Shown: positions 31,414 to 32,000 of the stretch, piece after piece | Position numbering within the stretch: the first letter of the stretch is position 1 | Layout of the letters: every line of letters starts with the position of its first letter | DNA from: Tissierellales bacterium | GTDB lineage: Bacteria > Bacillota > Clostridia > Tissierellales > Proteiniboraceae | Length of the DNA stretch: 32,000 nt | Assembly: GCA_041655135.1 (NCBI GenBank) | Contig: JBBAFY010000006.1 | Coordinates: 12,242 to 44,241, forward strand | Reading direction: 5' to 3' | The notes under the pieces: generated by a model | Databases searched by the model: none | The model's input: only the letters and a program-made list of their open reading frames with translations | Told to the model about the DNA's origin: nothing | Translations under genes and position numbers: made by a program

Positions 31414-32000
31414 TTAATATCCTATTGTAATAATGGGGTAACCCATAGTTATGTATGTTTTCCCCTCATATTCATTATAGCTCAGTGCAATGTTTAAATT
31501 CATCTTTTTATTTCCTGTGTATATAGTTTTGTCTAAATTTGGTGAATAAGCGGAAATGCTTACAATATCATCCTCAATCAAGCCTTCCACTTTTTTGCCC
31601 TTTGCTAGAGAAAGGGCTTTTGTTATTTTTTTGGTCATCTGACCCTTATTCAATTCTGCATCAAATGAGCCAATAATGCAATAGGTAATTTCTGCTTTCA
31701 TCTTGTAACTTTTATACAAATCGTCAACTTTCTCTATTATTTTACCTATTTCATCATAGTTTTTGTCCATGGTTAGGTCAACTACTATGCTTGTTTCTCC
31801 ACTATTTATTTCCTTATCGAAATAGGAATAGAGTATTATTGTTAGCTGAGCATTATTTTTATCTCTCCCATGAGCAAATATATGGGAGCTCTTAAATTTC
31901 TCTGTATTTGTGCTCATATACTCTTCTTCGTTATATGGGTTTGTTTCTAGTTCTTCTACTCCTAGTTCTTCTATTATATGAGCCCTCATATTTTTGAGTT
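31414..32000 (-). CDS. ywmB: YwmB-family (DUF1779, so-called TATA-box-binding-like) protein; the 5' end is probably outside the window
   Basis: The C-terminus SISAYSPNLDKTIYTGNKKMNLNIALSYNEYEGKTYITMGYPIITIGY parallels B. subtilis YwmB as I recall it (...VSISAF...KHKMNLQIALRS...VTVGTPIVTTEY). It lies immediately upstream of murA, as in Bacillus. The frame stays open to the window edge. Confidence 0.8.
   Translation of the reverse strand, partial: LKNMRAHIIEELGVEELETNPYNEEEYMSTNTEKFKSSHIFAHGRDKNNAQLTIILYSYFDKEINSGETSIVVDLTMDKNYDEIGKIIEKVDDLYKSYKMKAEITYCIIGSFDAELNKGQMTKKITKALSLAKGKKVEGLIEDDIVSISAYSPNLDKTIYTGNKKMNLNIALSYNEYEGKTYITMGYPIITIGY

Overview
This is a low-GC, Clostridia-like Firmicute chromosome segment from a spore-forming, flagellated organism, with almost every gene on the minus strand. 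The right part (about 19.9-32 kb) is a conserved housekeeping and sporulation block: ywmB-like, murA, spoIID, spoIIQ-like M23 peptidase, spoIIID, mbl/mreB, two flagellar rod genes and a rod-binding FlgJ-like gene. Two LysM-anchored 5'-nucleotidase paralogs are inserted between murA and spoIID. The middle holds a self-contained 0.8-kb unit of mini-ORFs (18.9-19.7 kb). Next to it is a minimal surface-polysaccharide locus (12.5-18.8 kb) with a Wzz-like co-polymerase, an O-antigen-ligase-like giant and a CapD-like dehydratase. The standout is a 9.2-kb, tightly packed three-gene operon (3146-12305, minus strand). It encodes a 4-TM/Rossmann protein with a C-terminal RyR-type module, an HD phosphohydrolase with the same RyR-type module, and a 1858-aa DUF4062-NACHT-WD40 STAND NTPase. 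The operon has its own promoter. It is bracketed by copies of a dyad repeat family (TTGGTGCC-W-GGCACCAA) and sits next to decayed genes. I read it as a candidate undescribed conflict or defence system, but no mobility genes are visible and every domain call comes from motif reading only. Other observations include a second intergenic repeat family (GCTCAGGATGACA), a duplicated 58-nt element in the rod operon, gene conversion between the nucleotidase LysM tails, and an inverted repeat linking the spoIID start codon to its sigma-E-like promoter.
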